Shown: in pieces, positions 17,484 to 26,472 of the stretch | Position numbering within the stretch: the stretch's first letter is position 1 | How the letters are laid out: every line of letters starts with the position of its first letter | Virus record (IMG/VR): IMGVR_UViG_3300045988_154040 | Source of the DNA: a virus | Direction: 5' to 3' (one strand) | DNA length: 64,000 nt | Position numbers and translations under genes: made by a program | The notes under the pieces: model-generated | The model's database searches: none | Told to the model about the DNA's origin: nothing | The model's input: the letters and a program-made list of their open reading frames with translations, nothing else

Positions 17484-19947
17484 TATTTATAATTGTCCTT
17501 TCTACACTCAGTGGAGAATTGAATTGATTGGTACAAAATATATCTTCTGTTCTACCTGTACCCAAATCTACATATTGCCATACTTTAACACCTTGACCAT
17601 ACATAGAAAATCTAGTTTTATAATTATGAGTAATATGAGTAGGTCGTTTACACGTACCAAATCCTTTACGATTCAATAAAGTATCTACCAATTCCATTTC
17701 TTTGGGTCTTAATGGAAGTAAAATACCTCCATCATCTAATTTAGTTTTAATTTGTTTTGAACCAAAAATACAATTTTCGTCAATAATATCATTAACAGAT
17801 TCTTTACCATTAAGCTGAGTACCACTGTAAGTTCCTATATCATATTCTTCTGATAATGATTTAAGAACCTTTGCAATCTCAAATAATACCATATCTTGAC
17901 GAATAGGAGTACTAACTCTTTGCTTATATTCACTACCAAATTCTGAATTATCCCAAATATAATCAAAGAAACAATATTTGGCACCCCATAAAAAACATTG
18001 CCTATAAATATCTTTTAACTTTGGTGTGGTAAAATCTGGTTGATTAAAAATTTCAATATGAGACTCATATAAAATTTTTCCTGCTTCAATAAGTCTTTCT
18101 TTTTCAATCTTATTGTAATTTCCATTAAGTATTCTATGGTAAGGAATACCACTAATCCAAGAAATAAATTTAGGTTGAACTTCTGTCTTTTGTTGCATTT
18201 CTGTATGAATCATAAATCCATCACCAGCACGATTAGGATTATCTACATATTTTTCTTCTTTATAATCCCAATATTTAGTGGCGCATACATTACATAAATC
18301 TCCTATGGTTGTGGTTGTTTTACCAGAATTACCTGTAATAAAAATATTATTTTTTCTACGTAATACTAACATAGAACTAGGAACGGTAAAACAATATTTA
18401 AAACCATCTTTAGGAACTACTTTCTCTATGTTGTTTTTCTTTTCATTTGTTAAACTACATGTTTTATTAGAAGATATATTTACTTGATAATCTATAGTAT
18501 TAGTAACATATTCTTTGTTGTTAATCTTTCTAATTCTTCCTACTCTATTTTTTTCTTTTAAAGATGCTCTATAACCACAAGCACTAAAAGCAAATTGTAT
18601 AAAATTAGCTGTAGAAAGAAGTGTAGTAGAAAAACTTTTCCTATTTTGAGTAGTACATCCATCCCATTGTAAAATATTGTCACACACAATTTGTAACTGT
18701 TTTTGTGTACAATTATACCAATAAGATAAAAATTCTTTTTCTCTACGTGGTGCATAAATATAAAAATCTGTATAACCTTCTGCGGCAGATTCTTTTTCTC
18801 TCCATTGTAAATTAGATTCTTTAAAAAGATTACGAAGGCTATCTTTTTTTCTTTGTTTCTTTATATGAAATCTACATAATGTAGTATTATTCCGTGTAAA
18901 TGTTCCATCACATATAACAGCGCACATTATTTTGATTTCATTATCTGTTAAATCAATACCTTTTCCATCGTATTTAAATCCTGTAATAAATTTTCCTCTG
19001 AATCCTTTTACACTCTTTATATGATTTTCATATACTTCTTTCATTGATTTAACTTGTAAAGTATTATTTTTTGATAAATAAATTACTCGATGTTCTTCAC
19101 TTAAAGTTTGATTAAGTCCATACTTAGTTTCAAAATGATACATTTCATTACATGGCAATTTGACATAGCGCAAAGGCTTTACCAACTCTGCGGTTCCATC
19201 GGCATTATACTGTAATACTTTTTCTTTTGGGGTATACTGAGCAATAGATTTCCATTCTTTCCCATTAAAATATTCTGTTTCAGAATCTACGCAACCACTT
19301 CCACCAGACCTCAATAATAAATGTCCTTGTTGCCACCCTCGATAAAGAGTGTTCATATAAGGAGACTGTAACATAGCACCCATAACAGGATTACTTTCAA
19401 ATTCAAGTAACGTATTTTCCCAATCGGCACCAGCTCTCATTGTTTCTTTACATAATTCTGTATCATATTTCATATTAAGTTTATCTGTTTTCTCACTAAT
19501 TTTAGCAAGCATTTTCTTTATATCAAATAGATTCAGATTTTCTCTTTGGCTTTCTTCTGTTTTATCTTCATCATAAAATGAAGTAATATCAATTCCTAAA
19601 TCTTTAGCATCTCTTAATAAACTATATTTTCTTACAATATTATAATGGAGTTCATAATTATCTGGATTTACAAGCTGTTTCGCTGTTGCTATAAAATCTA
19701 AATAATTGTTATCCATACACACTTCTAATTGAGAAGGATAATTCTGTAAGAATTTATCTAATATTATTTCATCTATTTCTTCTGCCCCATTTTTAAATAA
19801 CCATGCTATAGATTTAAATAATATTTCATGAAATAGAATAGGTTTAAAATCGTCTGAACAAATAGGAAACTTTCTACTTGTAACTAAAGAAGGATTTTGA
19901 AACAATATTCCTAATACCATTGAACTGTCAGAAGCAGAATAAAGCAT
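17476..19947 (-). CDS. DnaB-like replicative helicase precursor containing an intein
   Basis: Start set to the ATG at 19947 (GGAGG 8 nt upstream; overlaps the upstream stop as TAATG). The N-terminal part is DnaB-like. Walker A is split as LLRSGGSG-[intein]-SGKTTTT. Confidence 0.75.
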   Translation of the reverse strand: MLYSASDSSMVLGILFQNPSLVTSRKFPICSDDFKPILFHEILFKSIAWLFKNGAEEIDEIILDKFLQNYPSQLEVCMDNNYLDFIATAKQLVNPDNYELHYNIVRKYSLLRDAKDLGIDITSFYDEDKTEESQRENLNLFDIKKMLAKISEKTDKLNMKYDTELCKETMRAGADWENTLLEFESNPVMGAMLQSPYMNTLYRGWQQGHLLLRSGGSGCVDSETEYFNGKEWKSIAQYTPKEKVLQYNADGTAELVKPLRYVKLPCNEMYHFETKYGLNQTLSEEHRVIYLSKNNTLQVKSMKEVYENHIKSVKGFRGKFITGFKYDGKGIDLTDNEIKIMCAVICDGTFTRNNTTLCRFHIKKQRKKDSLRNLFKESNLQWREKESAAEGYTDFYIYAPRREKEFLSYWYNCTQKQLQIVCDNILQWDGCTTQNRKSFSTTLLSTANFIQFAFSACGYRASLKEKNRVGRIRKINNKEYVTNTIDYQVNISSNKTCSLTNEKKNNIEKVVPKDGFKYCFTVPSSMLVLRRKNNIFITGNSGKTTTTIGDLCNVCATKYWDYKEEKYVDNPNRAGDGFMIHTEMQQKTEVQPKFISWISGIPYHRILNGNYNKIEKERLIEAGKILYESHIEIFNQPDFTTPKLKDIYRQCFLWGAKYCFFDYIWDNSEFGSEYKQRVSTPIRQDMVLFEIAKVLKSLSEEYDIGTYSGTQLNGKESVNDIIDENCIFGSKQIKTKLDDGGILLPLRPKEMELVDTLLNRKGFGTCKRPTHITHNYKTRFSMYGQGVKVWQYVDLGTGRTEDIFCTNQFNSPLSVERTIINNE
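18328..19293 (-). mobile_element. intein (322 aa) with LAGLIDADG-type endonuclease region, inserted in the helicase P-loop
   Basis: Starts at Cys (G-S-G|CVDSETEY). Block B-like TLSEEHRV. LAGLIDADG-like IKIMCAVICDGTF and FIQFAFSACGYRAS. Ends ..NNIFITGN|SGKT with a +1 Ser. Confidence 0.8.
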
Positions 19948-20609
19948 TATAAATCCTCCCATTTCTTTATTTCTTCTTTTACTGACTTATTTTTTCTAGG
20001 AATTTTTATTATTTTATCACCTTCTTCCATTTCATTTACTTTTTTCTGTATCTCTTGTTTTTCATAATAAAAATTTTTGGCTTCTTCATAATATTTAGGA
20101 AATATTTGTCCCAAACCATAATCAGAATTCCAAGAATTTTGTAAAGTTTCAAACCAGTATTGTAAGGTTAAAACCATTCCTGTCCATTTAAAATTATATT
20201 TATCATGATACATTCCTGCCTGTCTTTGTATAGAAGGATAATCACATTGCTTTACAGTAATATCAAAATAAACATAATCTAAAAATGTTTCTTCCCAATA
20301 AGCTTCACTTCCTTTATATTTACTTTCGTATTCTTGTTCAGAACAATAATAATATCTTTCCTTAATAGAAAAAGCTTGTTCTTTAATTATTTTTTTACCA
20401 CAGCAACGGCAAGTAACCATGCCATCCGCTACTGTACTATTTATTTTTCTCCCTTGATTTTTTTGTACTTCATTATTATAACATTCTTCGTTACAATAAT
20501 AATATCTAGGTTTAGTAGGATGTGGAAAAGCTTTTATTTTATTTACTTTTGTTCCACAATATCTACATTTTATTTGAGGCTCTTTTTTCTCTTTTAAATT
20601 ATTTACCAA
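19947..20609 (-). CDS. hypothetical protein with two zinc-ribbon-like repeats
   Basis: 220 aa. Repeated CRYCGTK..YYYCNEEC and CRCCGKK..YYYCSEQE modules. Confidence 0.45.
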   Translation of the reverse strand: MVNNLKEKKEPQIKCRYCGTKVNKIKAFPHPTKPRYYYCNEECYNNEVQKNQGRKINSTVADGMVTCRCCGKKIIKEQAFSIKERYYYCSEQEYESKYKGSEAYWEETFLDYVYFDITVKQCDYPSIQRQAGMYHDKYNFKWTGMVLTLQYWFETLQNSWNSDYGLGQIFPKYYEEAKNFYYEKQEIQKKVNEMEEGDKIIKIPRKNKSVKEEIKKWEDL

Positions 20610-20630
20610 TTTTCCACCTCCTTGATATTT

Positions 20631-20659
20631 ATTATATCATTCTATATATAAATTGTCAA
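20631..20659 (-). promoter_or_regulatory. sigmaA-type promoter (TTGACA-17-TGATATAAT)
   Basis: Minus strand reads TTGACA (20659-20654), a 17-nt spacer ending in TGA, then TATAAT (20636-20631). Confidence 0.6.
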
Positions 20660-20688
20660 CACAATTCACTAATTTTTTCAATTTAAAG

Positions 20689-20714
20689 TCCCGGTGAGAT
20701 ACACCGGGATTTTT
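20689..20714 (+). terminator. GC-rich hairpin with T-run on the plus strand
   Basis: TCCCGGTG (20689-20696) / CACCGGGA (20702-20709) followed by TTTTT on the plus strand. It is similar to the hairpin at 16410-16429. Confidence 0.45.
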
Positions 20715-20822
20715 ATATAAAGAATTAATGAATTCTTAACAAAATTATACCTGTTCCTTCCATTCCTTCTTTTCTACCGCTATCATTGCAAAAACTTCAT
20801 GTGCTATTATTTAAGTCTCTCC

Positions 20823-22094
20823 TTACTTTAATCGTATAAGAACAACACCAGAGCCTCCGGGGCCACCAGCCTTGGCAGTTCCATAAACGGCTCCGCCGCC
20901 TCCGCCTCCGCCTCCGCCAGTGTTGGCAGCACCTGCGTTGCCCGTGCCATTATGTGCCCCGCCTGCACCTCCTCCGCCTGCACCTCCAGCGCCAGGATTG
21001 CTGCGTGAAACTCCACCACCTCCTCCGCCTCCAGCATATAAAGTATTTCCAGCTTCTCCAAAGGCCCTTGTGGTATATCCCTGACTTCCAGTACCAGCAC
21101 CGTCTGCATATCCATTGTCGCCAGCCCTTATGACTGGTCTTGATTCCAGGTCATTATATCCTCCGTCCCCTCCCCTGGAGCCGCCATTTCCGCCATATCC
21201 TCCACTAGCCCCATCTCCGCCTTTTCCACCATTTGCCGTGCATAAGACAATGCCTCCTCTTGATACCGATGTTGTCCCACCCGTGCCACCTGGGCCGTTA
21301 ATAGCTGTGTTTCCCCCGCCTCCGTTTCCGATGACGCAATTCATTATCTGGCCAGCAGCCACGCCTATGTTAAGAGCTGTGGCGGTGTACCCACCTCCAC
21401 CGCCGCCTCCACCTTGCTCATAGGCATTACCCGTAAACCGGTATCCAGCACCCCCTCCGCCTCCTCCGCCTACACAGAAAATATCAATTGAATTGTATCC
21501 TGCGGGGATAGTGTAATTTTGTGTAAAATTAATACTAATAGTTTGAATAGTACCTGTTCTAACAGTAGCTTTTAATTGTTCACCTAATAATTCCCCATTA
21601 GAAGTCACACAATAAGAATAACAGATAAAATAATAAGTGGTATTTAAAGCTGGTAAAACTAAATTAACCTGAGATACAGCAGATGGGTTTTGGTTACTCC
21701 CTACTCCCTTGTACGCTTGTGTACCACTATTTATAGACGGATAAGAACCAGTCTGATATTTAATATACACTCCGCTATAAGGTCGACCTGTTTGTACTTG
21801 AGGATTAGTCCATTGAGCTACAATATTTCTTCCACCAGATAAAGTTAAAATAAAATTACTAATATTGTTGACTTCAAGTTTTCCAGCCTCTTTTTCTTTA
21901 GGGTTAGTAGTATAAAAAGTTTGATTTTTCAATACATGCTGACTATTAGCATTTCCAGTAAGTTTTAAAGTTCCTACTTCAATATCATCTTGAAGTGAAC
22001 CTATAAATTTAAATCCTTCTAATACTTCTGCTGGGGTTGTATTTAAATCATCAGGTATACCTCCCCCAGTTGGGAAACGGTTTAGTACTGCCAT
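20823..22094 (-). CDS. glycine-rich protein (N-terminal beta-rich domain plus ~220-aa poly-Gly/GGxGG domain)
   Basis: 423 aa. FCVGGGGGGGAGY...GGGGGGGGYTA...GGGGGGGGGAVYG..GSGVVLIRLK. Local GC is far above the genome background. It resembles Gly_rich (ALK/LTK-GRD-like) domains from memory. Confidence 0.55.
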   Translation of the reverse strand: MAVLNRFPTGGGIPDDLNTTPAEVLEGFKFIGSLQDDIEVGTLKLTGNANSQHVLKNQTFYTTNPKEKEAGKLEVNNISNFILTLSGGRNIVAQWTNPQVQTGRPYSGVYIKYQTGSYPSINSGTQAYKGVGSNQNPSAVSQVNLVLPALNTTYYFICYSYCVTSNGELLGEQLKATVRTGTIQTISINFTQNYTIPAGYNSIDIFCVGGGGGGGAGYRFTGNAYEQGGGGGGGGYTATALNIGVAAGQIMNCVIGNGGGGNTAINGPGGTGGTTSVSRGGIVLCTANGGKGGDGASGGYGGNGGSRGGDGGYNDLESRPVIRAGDNGYADGAGTGSQGYTTRAFGEAGNTLYAGGGGGGGVSRSNPGAGGAGGGGAGGAHNGTGNAGAANTGGGGGGGGGAVYGTAKAGGPGGSGVVLIRLK

Positions 22095-22143
22095 AATTTA
22101 ACCAATTCCTTTCTTTATTTTTTTGATTGACAAGTTACATTTT

Positions 22144-22179
22144 ATAAAAATAATCCCTCCACCAAACGGCAGAGGGATT
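22144..22179 (-). terminator. intrinsic terminator
   Basis: Stem AATCCCTC (22152-22159) / GAGGGATT (22172-22179). The minus-strand U-tract corresponds to plus ATAAAAAT 22144-22151. Confidence 0.6.
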
Positions 22180-22182
22180 CAT

Positions 22183-22515
22183 TTATCTCAACACCATTGG
22201 AGATATAATGTCAGGCGGAAATTCATCGAAGAAAGAAACTCCTATTATTCTGATATGCTCACACGTTTTAAGAATTAAAACATCGTCATAAGCATCCAAA
22301 TAATATTTAAACTTTTCCTCCATATTTTCTGCCATATTGATTATTATTTCAGGTTTTTTTAACCTATCATCTTTTATAATTACAGCAATAAATTTATAAT
22401 TATTCTCCATTGCTATTAAAAAATAATTAATAAAAGATTCTCTGCTGAGAAAAGAGGTCGAAGGTTCTGATTTCTTTTTTGGTTTACGATAAGGATAATA
22501 ACATTTTACTCCCAT
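22183..22515 (-). CDS. hypothetical protein
   Basis: 110 aa. Start overlaps the stop of the ATPase gene. Confidence 0.4.
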   Translation of the reverse strand: MGVKCYYPYRKPKKKSEPSTSFLSRESFINYFLIAMENNYKFIAVIIKDDRLKKPEIIINMAENMEEKFKYYLDAYDDVLILKTCEHIRIIGVSFFDEFPPDIISPMVLR

Positions 22516-23558
22516 TATTCATCCTCCACTATAATTCCTCTATCACAAGCAAAATCTGCTAAAGTATTATAAATACTTTCCAAACAAGAAATTTCTTCTT
22601 CTGTAGCAGATGTTACTGTACGGCCTTTTCCTAACTGTCCATAAACTGTTTCATTTACAAAATCAGGATAAGGTTTATATAATTTAGCCATATAAGGCTT
22701 AATTAAATTAATCCAATCTTCTTTTGTATGCACTTCATCAGTTATAGAAAATGTAGTCAAACCAATATTTTCATCTTCTGCTGATTTAGCAATGGCTTTT
22801 TCCATAGCTTCGCACATATTAGCCGCGGTAAAAGGGTCAATATAAGTCTGCATAGCATAACGGCTTCTTGCGAATACATGAGATGTTTCTTTACAAATTC
22901 CAGTAGACTTAATAGTCATATTTGTTTCTGGGTCAACACCATTTGCCTTTGTATAAATAGTGAAATCACAAATATCACGTATCATACGCATAGAAGATTT
23001 TTCATTTCCACTTCCTTTTGGCTGTAAATAAGGAATAATTTCACCTGTTAATTCATTGAAATGCTTTTCATCTAATTCCTCATGAGCTATAAAAATAATA
23101 AAATAACCCATAGACGTAAGTTTATTAATCTGTGTAGCGAACTGCCGTCTGGCTATTTTATAACCATTTGCTTTACCTTCAATTTCAGATAAATCTCTTA
23201 CTCCAAAAGTTTTACATACTGACTGTTCACAAAGGTCAACAAGATTTTCTGCTGTATCAATTACAATTGTAAAGAATTTTTCTGACATTTCCTGATAAGT
23301 GGAAAGATTAGTTAGCAAAGATACATAATTTATAAAATCAGCCCATGAATTAACTGGCTTTTTATACCCTCTAATTCCATTTCCACCAGATTCAGTCATT
23401 AAGAGTAAGGCTCTATCACACTTCATGGCCTGGAAGGTTTTGCCTGTAGAATTTTTGCCATAAATTAAAACTTTTTGTCCTGCTAACCCACCAACCATAT
23501 CCTCAATCTCTAAATCTAATAATGGATTTGATTTCTTTTTCTCGATTTTTTCTGACAT
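22515..23558 (-). CDS. AAA_24 / Sak4-like RecA-fold ATPase
   Basis: 347 aa. Walker A KVLIYGKNSTGKTF, Walker B-like FTIVIDTAE. Located in the recombination/replication module. Confidence 0.6.
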   Translation of the reverse strand: MSEKIEKKKSNPLLDLEIEDMVGGLAGQKVLIYGKNSTGKTFQAMKCDRALLLMTESGGNGIRGYKKPVNSWADFINYVSLLTNLSTYQEMSEKFFTIVIDTAENLVDLCEQSVCKTFGVRDLSEIEGKANGYKIARRQFATQINKLTSMGYFIIFIAHEELDEKHFNELTGEIIPYLQPKGSGNEKSSMRMIRDICDFTIYTKANGVDPETNMTIKSTGICKETSHVFARSRYAMQTYIDPFTAANMCEAMEKAIAKSAEDENIGLTTFSITDEVHTKEDWINLIKPYMAKLYKPYPDFVNETVYGQLGKGRTVTSATEEEISCLESIYNTLADFACDRGIIVEDE

Positions 23559-23607
23559 TTTATATTACCTTTCTTATTTTTATGATGATGAAGTTAAATT
23601 ATTAAAT

Positions 23608-23701
23608 GTTACAAGGCAGTAGAGAGGTTTTAAGTTAATAGGGTACCCAATTCCCCACCTCTTACATTAAAACCTCTCCTATACCCTTTGTAACGTTTTT
23701 T
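23608..23701. other. large imperfect stem-loop in the intergenic region (T-run on plus strand)
   Basis: GTTACAAGGCAGTAGAGAGGTTTT (23608-23631) pairs with AAAACCTCTCCTATACCCTTTGTAAC (23669-23694). That gives a 10-bp inner stem and a ~9-bp outer stem. The loop contains GGGTACCC, and GTTTTTT follows on the plus strand. Confidence 0.5.
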
Positions 23702-23710
23702 AGCCTATGC

Positions 23711-24736
23711 TTAGAATGGTGCACCCTCCATGCCAGACATTGGGACTACATTTGGCTTTCTGTTTCCTAATCCCTTAGACTTCCCGGCTTTAGAAGCAGG
23801 GGCTGCATTAGCAGTTGAACCGTCTTTTGCTTTATCTTCAAGAGCTTTAAGCTTCATTTCTCTTTCAACCATAAGAGATTTCATAATATCTGGCGTGAAA
23901 GGCTTTTTCTTTTCATCTTCTGTATCTTCATCATAGGCAGGTTCTCCACCTATAACAAGCAGTTCTAAAATCTCAAACCCTTCATTAGTATTGGCTTTTC
24001 TACCAAAGCCGCCTTTTTTCTGCTTCTGTCCTCCTATACGATGCATATTAAGTTCTACACCCAAACAGCACGTATCTCCTGGCGCATATCCTGGAACCTG
24101 TTCACCTGTAATTTCATCTACATAGCCATCGACAAATGCTTCGGCTAAATCTTCTGGAACAATCAAAGTGAAAGGTTCTGCTTCTCCACGGAAATTGATG
24201 GTAATAAATTCCACCATGTAGCGGCCTGTTTCTTCTGGTTCATCACTTTCATTTTTAGGAGGAATTGTTTCAGCCTTAATACTTCTGATTACTCCTTCTA
24301 ACTGGAAGTCTGTCTGAGATTCCTTATCTGCATTTTCACGGTTCACCTTAATGATTCTTACCTGTGGTGATGATACCATTTTGCCTGAGTTCTGATTGTA
24401 CCTGTCCCAGCAACCTAAGTTTACAGTTGCGCTTATAACATCAGGAGTTAAATCTTTGTTCTTTGCCGCATCTGCCGCTGAAACATAAGAATTATGCAAT
24501 GTTTCCATGTTCGCATAAAGTTTTGCTTTATCTCCTTTTCTGTTATATTCTGGCTGACTGATTCTTAAATTGTAATCTCCATTTTTTGTAGAAATTACAA
24601 TGTTGCCCTGTATAGCGTTACAAGTCATTTTTGTTTTATCTTCTTTTTCAATTTCTATCTGTTTAATCTCTGTAGATTTTTCAGACAGTGTGCCAATAAT
24701 AAGTCCATTATTGATTGTCGCTCTTACATTTTCCAT
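23711..24736 (-). CDS. putative phage ssDNA-binding protein
   Basis: 341 aa. N-terminus is OB-like (NNGLIIGTLSEK..). The low-complexity tail ends ..MSGMEGAPF, reminiscent of the SSB C-terminal ..PF tip. Sits next to the Sak4-like ATPase gene. Confidence 0.35.
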   Translation of the reverse strand: MENVRATINNGLIIGTLSEKSTEIKQIEIEKEDKTKMTCNAIQGNIVISTKNGDYNLRISQPEYNRKGDKAKLYANMETLHNSYVSAADAAKNKDLTPDVISATVNLGCWDRYNQNSGKMVSSPQVRIIKVNRENADKESQTDFQLEGVIRSIKAETIPPKNESDEPEETGRYMVEFITINFRGEAEPFTLIVPEDLAEAFVDGYVDEITGEQVPGYAPGDTCCLGVELNMHRIGGQKQKKGGFGRKANTNEGFEILELLVIGGEPAYDEDTEDEKKKPFTPDIMKSLMVEREMKLKALEDKAKDGSTANAAPASKAGKSKGLGNRKPNVVPMSGMEGAPF

Positions 24737-24766
24737 TTTTATTATCTCCTTATTTAAAAAATATTT

Positions 24767-25060
24767 TTAATTATTTTTACTGATTGGACTTTGGTCTTTA
24801 AGGTAAAGATTTTTAGTTCCCTGTTCCATCATTTCTTTTCTTTCCAATTCGGCTGAACAGAATGCATCTATATCTGTAATAGTTTTTCCTGCCGCAATCA
24901 AATCTTTTATAGTCTGAATGGCAGAATAGTAACTTGACAAAGCCGCATTGATAGCTATTGTTTTTTCACTTTCTTTAATTCCATTCATTATATAAGATTT
25001 CTTGGTTTTGAAAGCTTTACTGTTACGATTAAAAACTTTCTTTTTGGGTACTCCACCCAT
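24767..25060 (-). CDS. hypothetical protein
   Basis: 97 aa ORF in the operon. Confidence 0.4.
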   Translation of the reverse strand: MGGVPKKKVFNRNSKAFKTKKSYIMNGIKESEKTIAINAALSSYYSAIQTIKDLIAAGKTITDIDAFCSAELERKEMMEQGTKNLYLKDQSPISKNN

Positions 25061-25102
25061 TTACGAACCTCCTTTTCTAAATTAAATTGCTATTGTTTCT
25101 AT

Positions 25103-25131
25103 ATCATACAACAATTTAATTTATATGTCAA
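25103..25131 (-). promoter_or_regulatory. sigmaA-type promoter (TTGACA-17-TATGAT)
   Basis: Minus strand reads TTGACA (25131-25126), a 17-nt spacer, then TATGAT (25108-25103). It overlaps the 3' end of the HPr-like gene. Confidence 0.45.
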
Positions 25132-25357
25132 GAATATTCTGAAAATTTTTATAAAAATCTTTTTGATATTCTTCCGAACAATGAAATGTAACAACCAATT
25201 CTTTTGATAAATCTAAAGAAAAAATTCCCATAATAGATTTGGCATCCACAACATAATGATTTAGAGATATATCTATATCATAATTCTGCTGTGAAGCCAA
25301 TTCTACAAACTCTTTTACTTCTTCTGGGGTATGAAATTTAATTGGAAAACTTAACAT
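25121..25357 (-). CDS. HPr-like small protein
   Basis: 78 aa. VVDAKSIMGIFSLDLSKELVV resembles the HPr motif ..AKSIMGVMSLG... Confidence 0.4.
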   Translation of the reverse strand: MLSFPIKFHTPEEVKEFVELASQQNYDIDISLNHYVVDAKSIMGIFSLDLSKELVVTFHCSEEYQKDFYKNFQNILDI

Positions 25358-25369
25358 ATGATTCCTTTC

Positions 25370-25822
25370 TTACTTTATACTAAACCAGTGACCACCTAGC
25401 TTAGTAAAGTTATGACCATTTGACTTTCCTACAGAAAAATAAACATAATTAGTAGAGAGAATGGTTGGCCCATTTTCTATCACATAATTTACTGCTTCAT
25501 AATTTTCTTTATTAGGAGTAGTACCTTTAAGTTTACTTGCTGTAGAAAATTGTCTTTTTTCGTATATAACATCATAAACAGAATTTTTAAAATCGCTGTT
25601 TAAAATTCTATTAAAAACAACTTCTACTACTGCTTTTTGTCCATCCAGAGATTCACCTCTTGCTTCTTGATAAACCAGAGCGGCTAAGAGATTTATGTCG
25701 TCCTCAGAGACAGATATAGCTTCGTATGGGTTAGTAGTTTCAGCTTTAGCTATGTTTGTAAATAATGTAGACAATAAAGCACACATCATTAACAAACATA
25801 TACTTGTTTTTATTCCTTTCAT
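25370..25822 (-). CDS. SleB-like cell-wall hydrolase (Hydrolase_2) with signal peptide
   Basis: N-terminal signal MKGIKTSICLLMMCALLSTLFTNIAKA. LAALVYQEARGESLDGQKAVVEVVFNRI...RQFS matches the SleB/CwlJ family signature. Confidence 0.8.
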   Translation of the reverse strand: MKGIKTSICLLMMCALLSTLFTNIAKAETTNPYEAISVSEDDINLLAALVYQEARGESLDGQKAVVEVVFNRILNSDFKNSVYDVIYEKRQFSTASKLKGTTPNKENYEAVNYVIENGPTILSTNYVYFSVGKSNGHNFTKLGGHWFSIK

Positions 25823-25891
25823 TTATACCTCCGTATATTTTTATTTTAACTTAACACATTCAATTTAACCACCTCCTTTAATTTCTTCAAT

Positions 25892-26446
25892 TTAAAACAT
25901 TCTTTTCTGAATTAATAAACCAATTGTATCTATCAATGTTTCTTTTGCTAATGCTACTTTAGAATGATTTGCTTTAATAGCGGCAGTATATCCTTCTGCT
26001 ATTTCTTGTAATTGATTAATTTTAAATCTATACTCATTAATTTGCCTATTAGTATCTTGAATTATCTGAGTATATTCATCAATTTCTTTCTTGGTTTCTT
26101 CTTCAATTTCTTTTACATTCCCATTAGCCTCTTTTATTTTATTCATTAACTTATTCATATAAGTTAAATTAAGTTCTTCACCACATCCTAATTCTACCTT
26201 ATACAAAGTAATTACATTTTCAGTTTTAGAATCCAATAATACCACCCATAAATCATTAACATAAATCTCTATAGCAGTATTATTTTTCTCGTTCCAACGT
26301 TGTGGCCCTTTATATACCAAAGTACCATATTCTACCATGGCAGAAATATCTTTATCTATTTTAGCTTCATTTTCAATAACATAACGAGCCATGTCTAATT
26401 TATCATTTTTTTTCTTTAACTCTTTCTGCATACCTCTCTCTAGCAT
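25892..26446 (-). CDS. hypothetical coiled-coil protein
   Basis: 184 aa. The C-terminal half has a heptad-like charged pattern. Confidence 0.4.
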   Translation of the reverse strand: MLERGMQKELKKKNDKLDMARYVIENEAKIDKDISAMVEYGTLVYKGPQRWNEKNNTAIEIYVNDLWVVLLDSKTENVITLYKVELGCGEELNLTYMNKLMNKIKEANGNVKEIEEETKKEIDEYTQIIQDTNRQINEYRFKINQLQEIAEGYTAAIKANHSKVALAKETLIDTIGLLIQKRMF

Positions 26447-26472
26447 GTTTACTAACTCTTATTTCTTTCATA

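Noticed and set aside
14565-18755. ORFs 14565..14798(+), 16320..16508(+), 16670..16921(+), 17338..17679(+), 18278..18487(+) and 18558..18755(-).
   Set aside because: They are antisense or alternative-frame ORFs within better-supported genes (primase, Gp157-like, helicase/intein). No translation signals are present.
20828-21423. ORFs 20828..21115(-) and 21115..21423(+, Pro-rich) inside the glycine-rich gene.
   Set aside because: These are alternative-frame or antisense readings of GGN repeats (GGN/NCC gives Pro- and Ala-rich artefacts). The long Gly-rich frame with a structured N-terminal domain is the plausible one.
22126-22154. Plus-strand TTGACA followed 17 nt later by ATAATC, between the glycine-rich gene and its upstream neighbour.
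   Set aside because: The -10 is poor and there is nothing to transcribe on the plus strand. It is probably a chance match in AT-rich DNA.
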